Positions 1-16,520 of a stretch of DNA of 64,000 nucleotides are shown piece by piece. The notes beneath the pieces are model-generated. The model had not been told where the DNA came from. It made no database searches and worked only from the letters and a program-made list of their open reading frames with translations. The position numbers and the translations under genes are program-made. Each line of letters opens with the position of its first letter. Position 1 is the stretch's first letter. Source of the stretch: Macrostomum lignano (lineage: Eukaryota); assembly GCA_002269645.1 (NCBI GenBank), contig NIVC01001508.1, positions 108,792 through 172,791 of the forward strand, written 5' to 3'.

Positions 1-3000
1 TATAAATAAATAAGTTTTATGAAATTGGGCAAACAGAGAGGCCTGAATATGAAAATAGCGTGCACTCAGCAAGGAACCTTGACATAGTGTATCAAGCGCG
101 CGTTTGAGCAAAGCACTCGAAAAAGAGGAATGTTGCCAGTTTCAGGTAAATAACCCGAAATTGAGCCCTGGATCCCAAATACTGTACAATCCAACTCTGT
201 ATTTGTGAGCAAAGCCAGAGCTCTATAAGTGTATAAAAGTTTGACAGCAAAAGGCAACAAAAATTGTTCCAAAGAAAAACTTCGCAAGTCCCTATACGTG
301 AGGTATTTAAATATGGCGCACGACCTCGCAGCTCACAGCCGATCGCTGTCCTCAGCCATGGCGACTGCCGGGTTTCGCTCAACAAACGCAGCGGTGCAGA
401 GCGGCCTCGCAATGGCAGCTGAGGAGCTGGGCCGACTGCTGGCTAAAAGCTGCCACATCTTTGGCAGCTACGCTGACGGCTGGGGCTCCAACCTGTGCTG
501 CATCAATGGAGACGTCGCTCCAGACTCCGACATCGACGTGACGTACATCATGACAGACGCGAGCCAGCAAATCCACATTCACCCGCAAGTCGCTGACGGA
601 CAGCGGGCCGAATTTCGACACAACGACTGCCAGCTGACTGAGCCTGCGGAGTACGAGGACGGGCACGTCAAGGCGCGCGTTCGCAGTAAGGAAATTCTCG
701 CTATAATATCATACTAATGCATTAGATATGAAATTTAGATATGTACAGAAACGAAATATATCATCTACATCTGTCCTGAAAATGCAGTTTTAGCGCCGAA
801 TATCGCATTGGAAGTGTCGCAGATGTTCCCTGCAATAGACCTGATTTTGGCGCATTCCTGCTGCGGCTACCCTCACATCGAGCTGCTGCGGCCCGGATAC
901 AGGACTTGCATGTCCGATGACATCATGAGGGCGCTCAGAGAAGAGGTGCTGGGCGAGTCGCCAAGGTGCCACGCCGTCAGCAGCGCGCCGCCCGGTCTGG
1001 AGGGCAGCCGACTTCGAGTGAGCACAACCCTGCTGGAAAGGTCCGTCATGCAGCATCTCACCACCGTGCAGGGTCAGTTCTTCATCCTCGTCAAGTTCCT
1101 CATCAAGAGGGTGATCGGCAGCAGAGTGAGCGGTCTGAAGACGTACGTTGGCAAAAACTTGCTGTTCTACATGCTCGACGAGACACCGGCGAAGGACTGG
1201 AAGTCGGACAACCTGCTGGCGCTGGTGCAGCACTCGTTGGACATTCTCGTGGCAATGATGGAGAGCTCAGACTCCGAGGACGCCTGCATGAGACATTTTT
1301 TCTTGCGTGACGCCAGAGTGTTCTTCAAGCGAGAGCACGACTCAAAATCGAGGATTGTAGCAGCCGTCCGTCAGTCAGCAGACAACCTGCTCAGCGACCT
1401 GAAACCGTTCAAAGAGTCTCTGCCTAAATTTGAGGTCAACGTGATTCTCCTTTCGTTTATCTCTTACTACCTTCTAGCAGTAGAGTTACTGGAATGCAGT
1501 GATTTCAGCTTGACAAAATACGCTTCCACAATGCAGACGGCAACTGAGCTTTGGTTAAGCATCAGGAGTGAAGCTCCGGTCGGGTCTCGGTCTGGCAGAT
1601 TGACTCAACTTTTGTCGGACGTCGAGCGCCAGATTCCAGACAGCGCTCAGGTCGGCAAAGCCTATCTCAGAGCCGCTGCTCTCTTCAAAATGGGTCAGCT
1701 TGTCACACCAGAGCTGGAGGAGGCGGCAGGTGCATCTCTGGGCTATATTCGGTGTCCGGAGGGCGACGACAACTCCCTGACGGTGGCTTCGGCCAAGTCA
1801 CTAGCTGTGGACAAGCTTGTGCAGACTCGCTGCCTGGGTGTCACAGCGGCAAACGGCCAAATAGTGGACTGCCCGAAGCTGGTTAATGAATACGGGCCGG
1901 TTGTGTCTTTGTTTGAGAAGCACCTGTGCGGCTTCAAAGTGACGAGGCAGCAAATGCTTCTGGCCTTGGCTTCCGGCTCCCTTTGCGCAAGACTCTGGAT
2001 GAGTAATGTGAGTGCTCAAGAGATCGGGGGTCGCTTGTTTATTATTGGAAATGAGCTCTATTCACTCTTTTGAGCACCCAATTCCTAGTTAGTAGCAAAA
2101 ATGGAATACGAGCGTAGAAACGTTAGGGAGAAAAGCTTTTAACTAGCGCCGCAGCTTCAAACTATATGCTTGAATAGAAAACTCCTGAATACTAGCGATT
2201 GCGCAATAGGTGTCTAAATACAATTTGCACTGGTCCAAATCGAACACAAAGCACCATGCTCCGTTCTCCGCTTCAAGGCAACCGAGTACAACTCAAGGAA
2301 CACTATAGTGGGCAGGCATCTGCGTCACTTGGATATTTTTAGGCAGATCAGCGTTCAAAGACAAAGCGGTCGGCAGCAAGACGCTCAAGACGGAAGAGGG
2401 GACAATCGAGGAGACCCAGACGAGTCACGAGGCGATTCGAATGACAAGAGTTCCCAACAATGAAACCATATTAGACAGCTACTCTCGTGAATTAATTAAA
2501 AGTTCAAAGCAGCTACAAGTGCTGAAAAGTATCTCGACTATCTAAAGTGAATTTCTGACTCTGCAAAATTCAGATGTTAAAGCCCTAACCGCGCTCACCC
2601 TAGTTAACGACAGCAAGCTTTAATATTCTATACTTTTTCTAATTGTAGAAATTTTTGATGGGATATTGGGATATCTGTTTAACCCAGTCCGACGATTTTC
2701 ACAATTTTTTATCCGAGCTGTTTGTCATGAAAAGTTGATGTGGAAGCGTAGCTCTTTACTTATTTCGACTGCTGATTAGCACTTCTTTGTCTTTGTAATG
2801 AACATGCAGCTGCCTAATCATGAAGTGAAGACGCTTCTAAAAATGGTATATAGTTAAGGAGACTGTGAATCATATTTCAAACGGTAAAAATAACCACACG
2901 ACAACATGGTAATTCTGATTGGGCAGATATGAGTCTGTTTTCAAACGCTTCAAAATGAATTCTTAAATTGACAGAGGCGTAAGCGTAAGCAGGAATTCTA

Positions 3001-3085
3001 ATTGGAGGGTGCCGCAACCTTGATTGGTGCAAATATTTGGTTTTCTTGTCTCTAGGTGGGCATCCCTTTCTCTTGGTGGGCGCCC
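1..3085. repeat. Segmental duplication copy A (partner about 21088-24575)
   Basis: Near-identical sequence at an offset of about 21.09 kb covering upstream DNA, exons, introns and about 1 kb downstream. Copy A runs off the window start. Confidence 0.95.
313..2444 (+). CDS. Mab-21/cGAS-like nucleotidyltransferase (cGLR-type), copy A, spliced. Exons about 313-685, 788-2007 and a putative last exon 2343-2444
   Basis: GT-AG intron 686-787 (gtaag...tgcag) joins the two ORFs in frame. Motifs: GSYADG...SDIDV, AIDLILA (third acidic residue), LRVSTTLLE (cf. cGAS WRLSFS..E), LKTYVGKNLLFY, CMRHFFL, followed by a helical C-terminal region. The last exon and any additional short in-frame intron near 1435-1480 are inferred. 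Confidence 0.8.
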
Positions 3086-3378
3086 AGCTGTCTCTTGATG
3101 TCCACGCCAGTCTGTTGGTAGGTGTAAAACGAGTGAGGTTTGAGATTGCGAGAAAACCGTTTTGGCGCTCAGGCCTGACAATTGATATATATTATAAGCC
3201 GAAGATTGAGGTGGGGTTTGGGTGTTGCACACGCACGGGCGCAACCGCACGTTGCAAACAACCACCCCCCATATACAAGCACGTACAAATATGACTACGA
3301 ACAACATTAGAATATTTATAGGTGCATAGAATGCTCACACCACTTCCCCACCAGGGTTTAAAAGACACAACACAATGT

Positions 3379-6300
3379 CTATGGCAAAAGTTCACAGAAA
3401 ATCAAGCATTCACATTGGGCGATAAAAATCAGGAGGTCTTCGCTCTCTGGCCGACCGTCTCGGCAGCTGAGCCTCTTGCTGATTGGTCTCGGTCGCTGCA
3501 GCTGAGCCTCTTGCTGATTGGTCTCGGTCGCTGCAGCTGAGCCTCTTGCTGATTGGTCTCGGTCGCTGCAGCTGAGCCTCTTGCTGATTGGTCTCGGTCG
3601 CTGCAGCTGAGCCTCTTGCTGATTGGTCTCGGTCGCTGTCTCATCCGGTCCGCCGTTACCGTCGAACAGCTGCACCCAGGCATCAGGCGCCTGGAGCTGA
3701 GGGTCAACCAGTCCGTCAGCAGCCTCATCTGCGGTAGCCTGCAGGTCGTCGCCGGGCCGTAAGGAGTTGCGCCGTTCCACAAATGGTTTGAGCCGGTCGT
3801 GGTGCACCACCTGCCTGCGTCGCATCCGCACGCCGGGACCCGAGGCCGGCCGCACTCGGTAGTTGACCTCGCCGAGCCTCTTCAAGATGATGTACGGCCC
3901 GGTCCAGCGGTTACTGAGGCTTTTTGATCTGCCAGGTTTCACCACCTTGCAGCTCAGCATCACCAAGTCGCCCTCTTTGTACGGCCGGAACCGAGTCTCC
4001 ATGTTGTACCGCTCGTTGCGCTCGGTCTGTGACGCCTGCAGTTGCTGATGGACACGCGCCCGGCTGTCCAGCAGGCGCCTCTGAGTTGCCTCTGCAAAGT
4101 CCAGCGCATCAGTGAAGCCATTCAATGCTTTGGGCAGCTTCGAGTCGATTGGCAGCCTTGGTGGCCATCCGTGCAGCGTCTGGTACGGCGACAGGCCCGT
4201 GGTCGAGTGCACCGAGCTGTTGAAGGCCCACGTGACGAAGGCAAGTTGGAGGTCCCAGTCGTCCTGATCCTCTGCCACAACCGTCGCTAGCATGTCACCA
4301 AAGGTTCGGTTTCCGCGCTCGACCAGGCCGTTGCCGCTGGGATGGAAAGGCAAAGTGCGGCTTTTCTGCATGCCGAGCCGCTGGCACAGGGACTGGAACA
4401 GATGGCTTTCGAATTGACACCCTTGGTCGCTGTGGATTGCGTCTGGGACGCCGTGCCGAAGCGCTACCTGCCTGACCATAGCGTCGGCCACCCGCTCAGC
4501 CTCGATGCTCGGTAGAGCGCAGGTCTCCATCCACTTTGAGAAGCAGTCAAAGATGCTCAGCACGTAACTGTTGCCTCGTGGTGTCCTTAGCAGCGGACCC
4601 TTGATATCGATCTGGACCATCTCCCATATGGCCTCGACGGCAGTGGAGTCGCTTGCAGTGGTGATCGCTGCGGCCGACTGCTGTTCTTCCGCCGAAGACA
4701 AGCGGCGCAGCTGGCGACCAGTTCTTGACGTCGTTGTGCATGCCCGGCCACCAGCAGCGGTCGGCGAGCTTGTCCAGCGTTCGGTCTGTGCCGAGGTGAC
4801 CGCTGCAGGCGGCGTCGTGCGCGTCAGCCAGGAAATGCGCACGCAGGTGGCTGGGCACCACCGGTTTGCCCTGCCGGACCAGCTCACCGTGTTGCCCGAT
4901 CTCGATGTCGCCATTTGCTATGAATTCTTCGAATCGCTGCTGACAGCCTTTGGACAGGTGGACGAAGCTGTCACTGATCGCCTTGAAGACATTCTGCAGA
5001 AGGCTGTCTCGGAGCTGCTCTGCCAGGAAGTCATCGCGATTTGCTAGTTGAGTGACAGCCGTCCGACTGAGCAGGTCTGGCACCACGTTCTCCCGCCCTG
5101 CCGATAGCAGAGCGCGAAATTGAACTGCTGGATGGTGTCGAGCCAACGTGCCAGCCGACCCTCTGGCTCCTTGGTCTGCAGCAGGCCCTTGAGCGGCTGG
5201 TGATCGGTAACACAGTGAAGTCTTTCACGTTGCACAGGTAGGCTCTGAAGTGCTTGAGACTCCAAACCAAGGCGAGCAGTTCCCTGTCAGTGGCCGAGTA
5301 ATTTCGTTCCGCCTTGTTGAGGGTCCTGAAGGCAAACGCCACTGGAAGCTCCGCGTCTCCGTAACGCTGGCAGAGAACCGCACCCACTGCGATGGCGCTG
5401 GCGTCGCAGCTCAGGACAAATGGTCGGCTGAAGTCCGGCAGGCGAAGCACAGGTGCTCGCCCAAGTTGGTCCTTGAGCGTCTGGAAGGCCGTCTCGCACT
5501 CGTCTGTCCAGGTGAAGCCCGTCTTCTGTGTTGCAGCATGCAGTGGTGCTGCTGTCTTGCTGAAGTCCCTGATGAATCTGCGATAGAAGCACAACATACC
5601 GATGAATCGTCGCACCTCCTCGGCAGAACTTTGTTACTGAATCTTGGCCAGGGCCTCCACTTTGTCCGGATCCGGCCGAATTCCTTCCCGGCTGACGATG
5701 TGGCCCAGGTACTTCACGCTCCTGTGAGCGAACACCGACTTGTCCTTGTTGAGCTTCAGTCCCGCAGCTCGCAGCCTGTCAAAAACTTTGCGCAGGCTGG
5801 CCAGATGCTCTTCGAAGCTCCGACTGAACACGATCAAGTCATCCACGTAGACTAGCACCTCCTCCCAGGTCAGGCCGGACATAACGAGCTCCATTAGCCT
5901 CTGGAAGGTCGCAGGAGAGTTGCAAATACCGAAGCCCATCTTCTTGAACTGCATAAGGCCTCGCGTGGAATAGAAAGCAGTCTTGTAGCGGTCTGCCTCG
6001 TCGACCACGACCTGGTTGAGCCCCTGCTTGCAGTCGATGGTGGTAAACCAAGAGCAGCCCGCCAGAGCATCCATCGATTGTTGCAGGTGCGGCAGGGGGT
6101 AGGCGTCCTTGATGGTCACAGCGTTCAACTGACGCCAGTCGGTGCATAGGCGGATGTCGCCGCTCTTTTTCCGGACGACGATCAGATTGCTGGCCCAGGG
6201 CGAGTTGGACGGCTCAATGATGTCGTGCTCCAGCATCTGGCCGATTTTCTGGTCGACCTGGTCACGAACCGGCAGCGGAATCGGTCGCTGGCGCTGCTTG

Positions 6301-7606
6301 TAGGGCTCGCTGTGGAGCCGAGGTCGTACTCGTGAGTGCTGAATAGGTCACCGTTCGCCTTGAGCAGTGCCAGTAGTCTCTGCCTTTCAGCCGCATCCAA
6401 GTCAGGGTTGACATCCCAGCAGTCCGACTGCTTGACTGTGCCAGCGCTGTTGTTGATCAGGTCGGCAGCTTCAAAAGAGCCGACGGCCTTGTTGGCGTAG
6501 AGCAGCACCTCCTCGGAGCCTAAATTGCACACCCGGACTGGAATCTTCTGATCAGCTGAAACGGTCAAAACTCTCGAGACAAGCAAACCAGTCGCTGGTA
6601 AAGTTGGCGTCGGGCTCGAAGATGCCTTGCTCGTCTTCCGACTTGACGCGGAGCCACACCAGCTTTTCGCTGCGTGCTGGAACACTTGTGTTGCTTTCCA
6701 CTCGAGCAACGAGGGTGCCGGTCACCATTCGGACGCTTGAGCTGCTGTTGAAAGAACGGGACTTTCTCTCCGTTGAGGCATACGGTCCTACCAACGATGT
6801 CGATCTGAAGCTCTCGGGTGGCTTGGGTGATGAAGTCCATGCCGAGGATGAGATCAGACTGATGTTCTCCACCACGTTGAGCTCGTGGACGACCTTGACT
6901 GACTGGCCGACTTGAATTGTGGCTCGGGAAATCCCGATGCAACTCAGGCGGCCACCATCGACCGAAGTCGGGCAGCAGCTTCACCGGGCTCGATCTGAAG
7001 GCCGCAGACTTGCGCGAGGCTGCGGCTGATCAAGGATGTCTGTGCGCCAGTGTCGAGCAGGAAACTGACCTCCTTGCCTTGCAGAAGCGCACGCACGAAG
7101 ATGGAGAGTGCAGATTGGGCACTTGATTGACGGGTTGGAGCTGGCCCTTCGCTGCCAACCCTCAGAAGTTTCCCGACGGCCGAGCCTTTGACGGACAGAC
7201 AGCCGCGCCGTGGCCCCAGCCGGAGCAGTTGAAGCAGCGACCTTGGCCCTGAGATCCGCCAGCAGGGCACCGGCGGGCGATGTGGCCTTCTTACCGCACC
7301 GAAGCAGCCTGATGACCGCTGCTGCTGATCTCTCTGTCTGCCGCCACCGCGTCCTCTCGCGCTGCCGCCCCTCGTCACCGCAGCCGTCAGGGTCTCCAGC
7401 TGCTGCTCCAGCCGTGCCAGTCGATCTTCAACCATCGCCACTGCGGGCGAGTTGCCTGGTTTGCATTTTCTCGCGATTTGCTCCAGCCTCGTGGCCTGCT
7501 CGACCAGCTCCTCCAGCGTGCAGGAGTCCAGGTCCCTGTCCTTGAGCAGGGTGTCGCGTATTTCCGCAGTCATCAGCTGAAGTCGATAATTTTCACGAGT
7601 AACCAA
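3379..7606 (-). mobile_element. Ty3/Gypsy LTR-retrotransposon internal region (gag-PR-RT-RH-IN), frameshifted, no LTRs found
   Basis: Protease LLDTGA; RT SPWASNLIVVRKK and YVDDLIVFS; RNase H LSCDAS and YSATDRELLAL; integrase zinc-finger H-H (AHDAACSGHLG), IHSDQG, GNGLVERGN and a GPY motif. Gypsy domain order, spread over several frames. Confidence 0.93.
3462..3637. repeat. 35-bp tandem repeat x5 (GCAGCTGAGCCTCTTGCTGATTGGTCTCGGTCGCT)
   Basis: Read directly from the sequence; lies at the 3' end of the Gypsy pol. Confidence 0.95.
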
Positions 7607-8032
7607 AGGAAACTCTTAATTAACAAATTCATGAATTGCTGATGTTTCCAAAACAGAGGTTGTTTTAACGTTCTAGTCAATGCATTTAAACATTTTATGT
7701 TTTTAAAAACATTTTCTGTCAAAACGAGTACTCGTAATTTTTTAGTTCTTTAATTTTTTAGTTTTTAGTTTTTTAATTCTTTTTAAAGAATTCAGTGTTT
7801 TATTACATGCAGTAGCTGTATCCCCTGTGTGTGTTAGAATTTTACGGGTCAGCTACAATAACCGGCACAATCAACTTTGCATGATTTCCGCTCCAGTTTG
7901 AAGACATTAAATTTATATTGGAAAAATCACCGAATTGCTTCCTGTCGAATTCAATATAAAAGCAAGCGTGCATCGTGATTATAGGCTAAACAATTTCAAA
8001 ATCAGTGAAAGCACTGAAAAAACGATTGAACA

Positions 8033-8498
8033 ATGAACTTCAGTTTGAAATTTCGGACTCGAGTCGTCGTGCTGCTGCTTGTGGCAGCCGCAGGCGTCAG
8101 TGGCGGCTACGACTGCAACCCAGGTTACGCCATAGAGGTCGTTCCGGGCTACGAAGAAGCGCTGATCCGGGGCTTAATGAACGATTTTGGAATGAGCCCA
8201 GATGAGCCTCTCATTCCCGTAGACTACAAGGAACTCGTAACCCAAATGGGTATGACGTTCTGCATGGGCCAAACGGTCAGCCACGACTGGGGCGACCCCT
8301 GTGACAAGCGGGTGGTGCATCAGTGCTCGTTCTGCCCAATTTTTTCACCGGTGTTTTCACCATGCGACAATTCTGACGCTTCGAGATGCTATTTTGCTAA
8401 ATAATAACTATACTTATGCATCATCATGCGGTGCCTGCTGCACGAAACCACTGACAACCAATTGGCTATGCGGATGCACTCAGAATCTGGGCTTTTGA
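8033..8498 (+). CDS. Small secreted cysteine-rich protein, orphan. 123 aa as written; 154 aa with 12 Cys if one A at 8399-8401 is removed
   Basis: N-terminal basic plus hydrophobic signal-like segment (MNFSLKFRTRVVVLLLVAAAGVSG). Seven Cys before the TAA; the Cys-rich text continues in the adjacent frame (SCGACC...WLCGC). Confidence 0.6.
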
Positions 8499-8789
8499 TT
8501 TAAATACACGTATTGTACTGAAAGAACTGTTGCAGTCAAATTTTAAGCCTAACTTACGAGCTCGTAATTAACAGTAGGAATACCAAGCCATTTTCCGCCC
8601 GTCGAACTACCAAAGAGGGGGGAAGTTCCCCCCCCCCTGACAATTTTTTTTGCACCGGAACGGAGCAACGCAGGCACAAGAAATTCAAGAACACGGGCCA
8701 ACTTTTTTTGCGCACCTGCTCAAACAAGAATCAAGTCGCCAGCCCTTCAGACCGTCGAGATATTGGACGATTCTGCCAGAATGTCGGAT

Positions 8790-8875
8790 TTTTCCCATAA
8801 GTGCTAGTGTATGATCAGTACACCCCTGTGCGACAAGCAGCACTGCGCCTCAACACAGCCTTGCCAAGTCTCCAA
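8790..8875 (+). pseudogene. Possible fragment of a hAT transposase C-terminal dimerization domain
   Basis: YTPVRQAALRLNTALPS resembles the hAT YP.V....LRYNT.LPSS motif but breaks off before VERLFS. Confidence 0.35.
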
Positions 8876-8934
8876 ATTTCAATAGCTCGTCGATGTGTCT
8901 GTGTCTGCATCAGCAGCTGTGACTTCGTTGGTCC

Positions 8935-9330
8935 TTCAGCCTTCACCCAGGTGGAGCTTCTGGACCTTCAACAGGTGGCACCAGCTGACTATAAACACCC
9001 TGATACGAATTTCTCGAGTTTCGCTGATCAAGCCTCGACAGTGGGCAAACCTCAACTGCTAGGTATCCTCAGCTAGTCTCTTGAGCATTCCGTCATCACC
9101 CGGACACCGTCGGCACCTTTAACAGATTACACCAGGTGATTATGGACATCCTGTTGCAAATATGTCAGGTTTTTCTTATTTATCAAGCTTCAATAATGGG
9201 CAAAACCTCAACTACCGGACATTCTCAGCTAGTCTATCGAGCCTTCAGTCATCACCCCGACGCCGTCGGGACCTTCAATAGGTGGCACCAGGTGAGTAAG
9301 GACACCTGAGCGTGATTTGTCATCATGCTC
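8935..9330. repeat. Degenerate ~155-bp tandem repeat (2-3 copies); a related copy lies near 50670-50780
   Basis: ATCAAGC..GGGCAAA(A)CCTCAACT..CTCAGCTAGTCT..GTCATCACCC recurs; GGGCAAA occurs at 9043 and 9198. Confidence 0.7.
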
Positions 9331-9488
9331 TTAACATTTCTGAAGCTCTTAAAATTTTTTAAGCACGTACATTGCTTTAGCTAAGCTTGAACTCATGTTG
9401 CTGTACATTTATATTATTAATACACATATTCTATACATAGGAGCTACATACTATATTTTATTCTACAAGCTGTTTAGTTTATTCAACT

Positions 9489-13294
<3,806 letters not shown>

Positions 13295-14212
13295 ACAAGC
13301 TGTTGAAACCCGCGGATTTTGAACCCGGGGAATTCCAATCCCCGGAACTACTTTTGCATGTATTCTGAAATCTAAGGCCATACACAAACAAATTAATAGT
13401 TAGTAGGATAGAGGTAGACATAAAATGGAGCACATTTGTGTAAAATTAGGTTTTGAGGCAAACGTTGATATTGTTTGCTGGAATGCTAGGGTACTCCACA
13501 GAATGCCAGGCAATGTCTGTCTGACTCTAAAACATGTATTGGCAAAATCTGGCCTCTCCCTGACTCTCCCTATGTCCCTTGGATCCTTTAAAATTTCTAT
13601 CGTCTCTTCTGTTTCCTTTCTTCTCTCTCATCCCTCGTCTCTCGTCTCTCCTCTCTTCTTTCGTATCTTCCCTCATCTCTCTTCTCTTTCATCTCTCTTA
13701 TCTCATCTCTTCCCTATTCTTTTCTCTCTCCTCTCCTCTCTCCTCTCTACTCTTTCGTTTTCTCTCTCCTCTCCTCTCTCTTCTCTCCCCCTCTTCTCTC
13801 GTCTCTTCCTTCTCCTCTCTATTCTTTTCTCTCTTCTCTTAACTCTCTCCTCTACTCTCTCATCTCTCCTCTCTACTCTTTCCTCTCTCTCTCCTCTCTC
13901 TTCTCTTCTCTCGTCTCTTCCTTCTCCTCTCTATTCTTTTCTCTCTTCTCTTAACTCTCTCCTCTACTCTCTCATCTCTCCTCTCTACTCTTTCCTCTCT
14001 CTCTCCTCTCTCCCCTCTTCTCTCGTCTCTTCCCTCACCTCTTTCCTCTCTCTCTTTCCTCTCATCTCTTTTCTTGTTTTATCTCTTCTCTCTCCCCTCG
14101 TCGCTCGTCTCTTCCCTCACCTCTCTTCTCTCTCGTCCGCTCTTTCATCTCTCCTTTCTCTTCTTTTATATTTTCTCTCTTATCTCTTCTCGTTTCTCTC
14201 TGCTCTGCGCTT

Positions 14213-14290
<78 letters not shown>

Positions 14291-16348
14291 CCCATCTCTC
14301 TTCTCCTCTCTACTCTCTCCCCTCTTCATTCTCCTATTTCCTCTTCTCTCTCCCTGTCTCTCCTCTCTCCTCTAGTCTCTGTAATCTCTTCTCTCTTATC
14401 TCTCCTCTGTTCTCTCCACTCTCCCATCTCTGGTCTGTTCATCTGCTCTCTCATCTGTCATCTTTACTCTCTTATACGTTCTCTCACGTATCTCCTCTGT
14501 ACTCTTCTCTTCACCTCTTCTCACTCCTCTCTTTCCTTACTCCTCTCTTCTTTTCTTTTCCCTTTCTATACTCTCTCTCCTCTATTATCTTCTCTCGTCT
14601 CTCTGCACTCTCCTCTCACCTTTTTCATCTCTCATCTCTTCTTTGATCTGTCTCATCTTTACAATCTCATCTCTTTCCTCTCTCCTCCTCTTCCCTTTAC
14701 TCTCTCATCTCTCCTTTCTCCCCTCTTCTTACACCCCTCTCTTATCTCTATCTCTTCTCTTCTCACCCCTTCTCTCCCCCTCTTATCTCCTCTCTTTTCT
14801 ATCCTTTCTACTCTCTCCTCTCTAATCTCTCATCTCCTCTTGACCCTCTGTCATCTTCTTTCTGCTCTCTCATCTCTCATCTCCTCTCATCTCTTCTCAC
14901 TCTTCTCTACTCTCCTCTCATCGATCCTCTGTCTCATCTCTCCCCTCTTCTCGCCTTTACTCTTTCCTCTCCCTCCTTTCTCCCCTCCTCTCACTTCTTC
15001 CTCCCTTCTTCTCTGCTCTCTCCTCACCACTTGTCTCTCCTCTTATATTCCATGTTTTCTCATACCCCCTCTCGCCTCTCCTCTCTTCTAATAGTCTATT
15101 CCTTCTCCTTTCCACTCTCATCTGGCCCGCACATAAGCTGGATTCTTTATCTGGCTTTTGAAGTAAAAGTCTGCCCATTCCTGCTTGGTAAGCCATGCAG
15201 TTTGTGGGACGTACTACTCTCATGGTTGTTCTCATGCTTTGATCACGTCATTTTTCTTGCCAATTTGCAGCCCTGAAAGGAATTTGTGTATTTTCAGCTC
15301 CACTGCAGTCTGCATCAGTCTAACAACCAAGGAAATAAGCATTTCTTAGGACATTTAATATTTAAAGTACTTTTAAGAGAAACCTAAAATTTCCATGGTG
15401 TGACTAATTTAGTAGGGTTGTATTGCATTGCATCGCCTTTTCATAAATCTTTCGCTTTTACAAACCATGCTGGATAGTGGATTCCCTCGATTTGCCCATT
15501 GCCAATTGCCATCCACTGTTAAACTGCTGCAGAGTTTGCCTATACAGAGGGGAGGGCAGTGGTTAGAATTTCTCACTAAACTGTCATGGCTAAACGTAGC
15601 CTCTCCACTCTCGGTGTGCAGAGAAGGCTATAAATAAAGTTATTCCAAAACACTGTACATTCGCTATGTACATTGAGCCCTATCGCCTGACCCTTCGTCT
15701 GGCTCTGGGGGGAATGAGTGATTGAGTGGCACAAACAACAGAAAAAGCAGACAAACTTTACATGTTTACAGTTTCTGTTCTGATTGAGTTAGAGAGTTGA
15801 AACTTTACATTTAGACAGAGAATAAGTCAATGAAGAATTGTGTCAAGTTTGAAGTCAATCGCTTTACTTGGAGCAAACTTATGGCAGCTGAAGGTTAGTC
15901 AATTTTGAAACCCTTTTACACATCTGGGCCCAGATCGGGAAAGAGAGGCAGGCGGGCGGAGGTTGGGGTGGCTGCCTCGCTGAAAAAAACAGCCAAACTT
16001 AAAAGTGCACAGCGGCTTTCAGGATTAACTTTGAGATTTGAAATTTTACACGATTGTGTCAAAATAGTTGAAAATTGCCTGTGTCAAATTTGAAGAGAAT
16101 CGGTAGAAGTGGAGCGGCGCTATGGAGGATTTAGTGAAAAAATCGCGCATTTTGAGCAGTTTTTTGTACTTTTAGGTAGGAAGACTTGAGTCTAGGAAAT
16201 TAAAAGGTAGCCTAAGACATTTTCCGTAGTGAGTTTAGGGTGGGTGTAAAGTTTGGTGTAATTTGGTTGAGTGGTTTGGGAGTCCATAGCGATCAAAATT
16301 GTCCACACACACACACACACACAGAGTTTTGATTTTTATATGTAGAGA
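13295..16348 (+). mobile_element. Non-autonomous Helitron/Helentron-like element, unit 2 (head-to-tail copy)
   Basis: Same start and end motifs and colinear internal sequence as unit 1; followed by TT. Confidence 0.6.
13570..15125. repeat. Polypyrimidine low-complexity tract with a (CT)n core
   Basis: Homologous to the tract in unit 1. Confidence 0.95.
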
Positions 16349-16520
16349 TTAAAATAGCCTAAAGCCTGCTCCGGAAAATTTGCAGTTTTCCCATATAAGT
16401 TTCAACGCTGACTTGGCAGAATTGTAGGAGTTCACTTACAACATACATACAGACAAACATCGCACCAACTTTAGTATTAACGGTTTTAGTATTAGGAGAG
16501 AGAAGATAGAAGATAATATA

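Noticed and set aside
717-807. Apparent premature stop splitting the Mab-21 gene (same at 21807)
   Set aside because: The stop lies inside a GT-AG intron (686-787) present in both copies.
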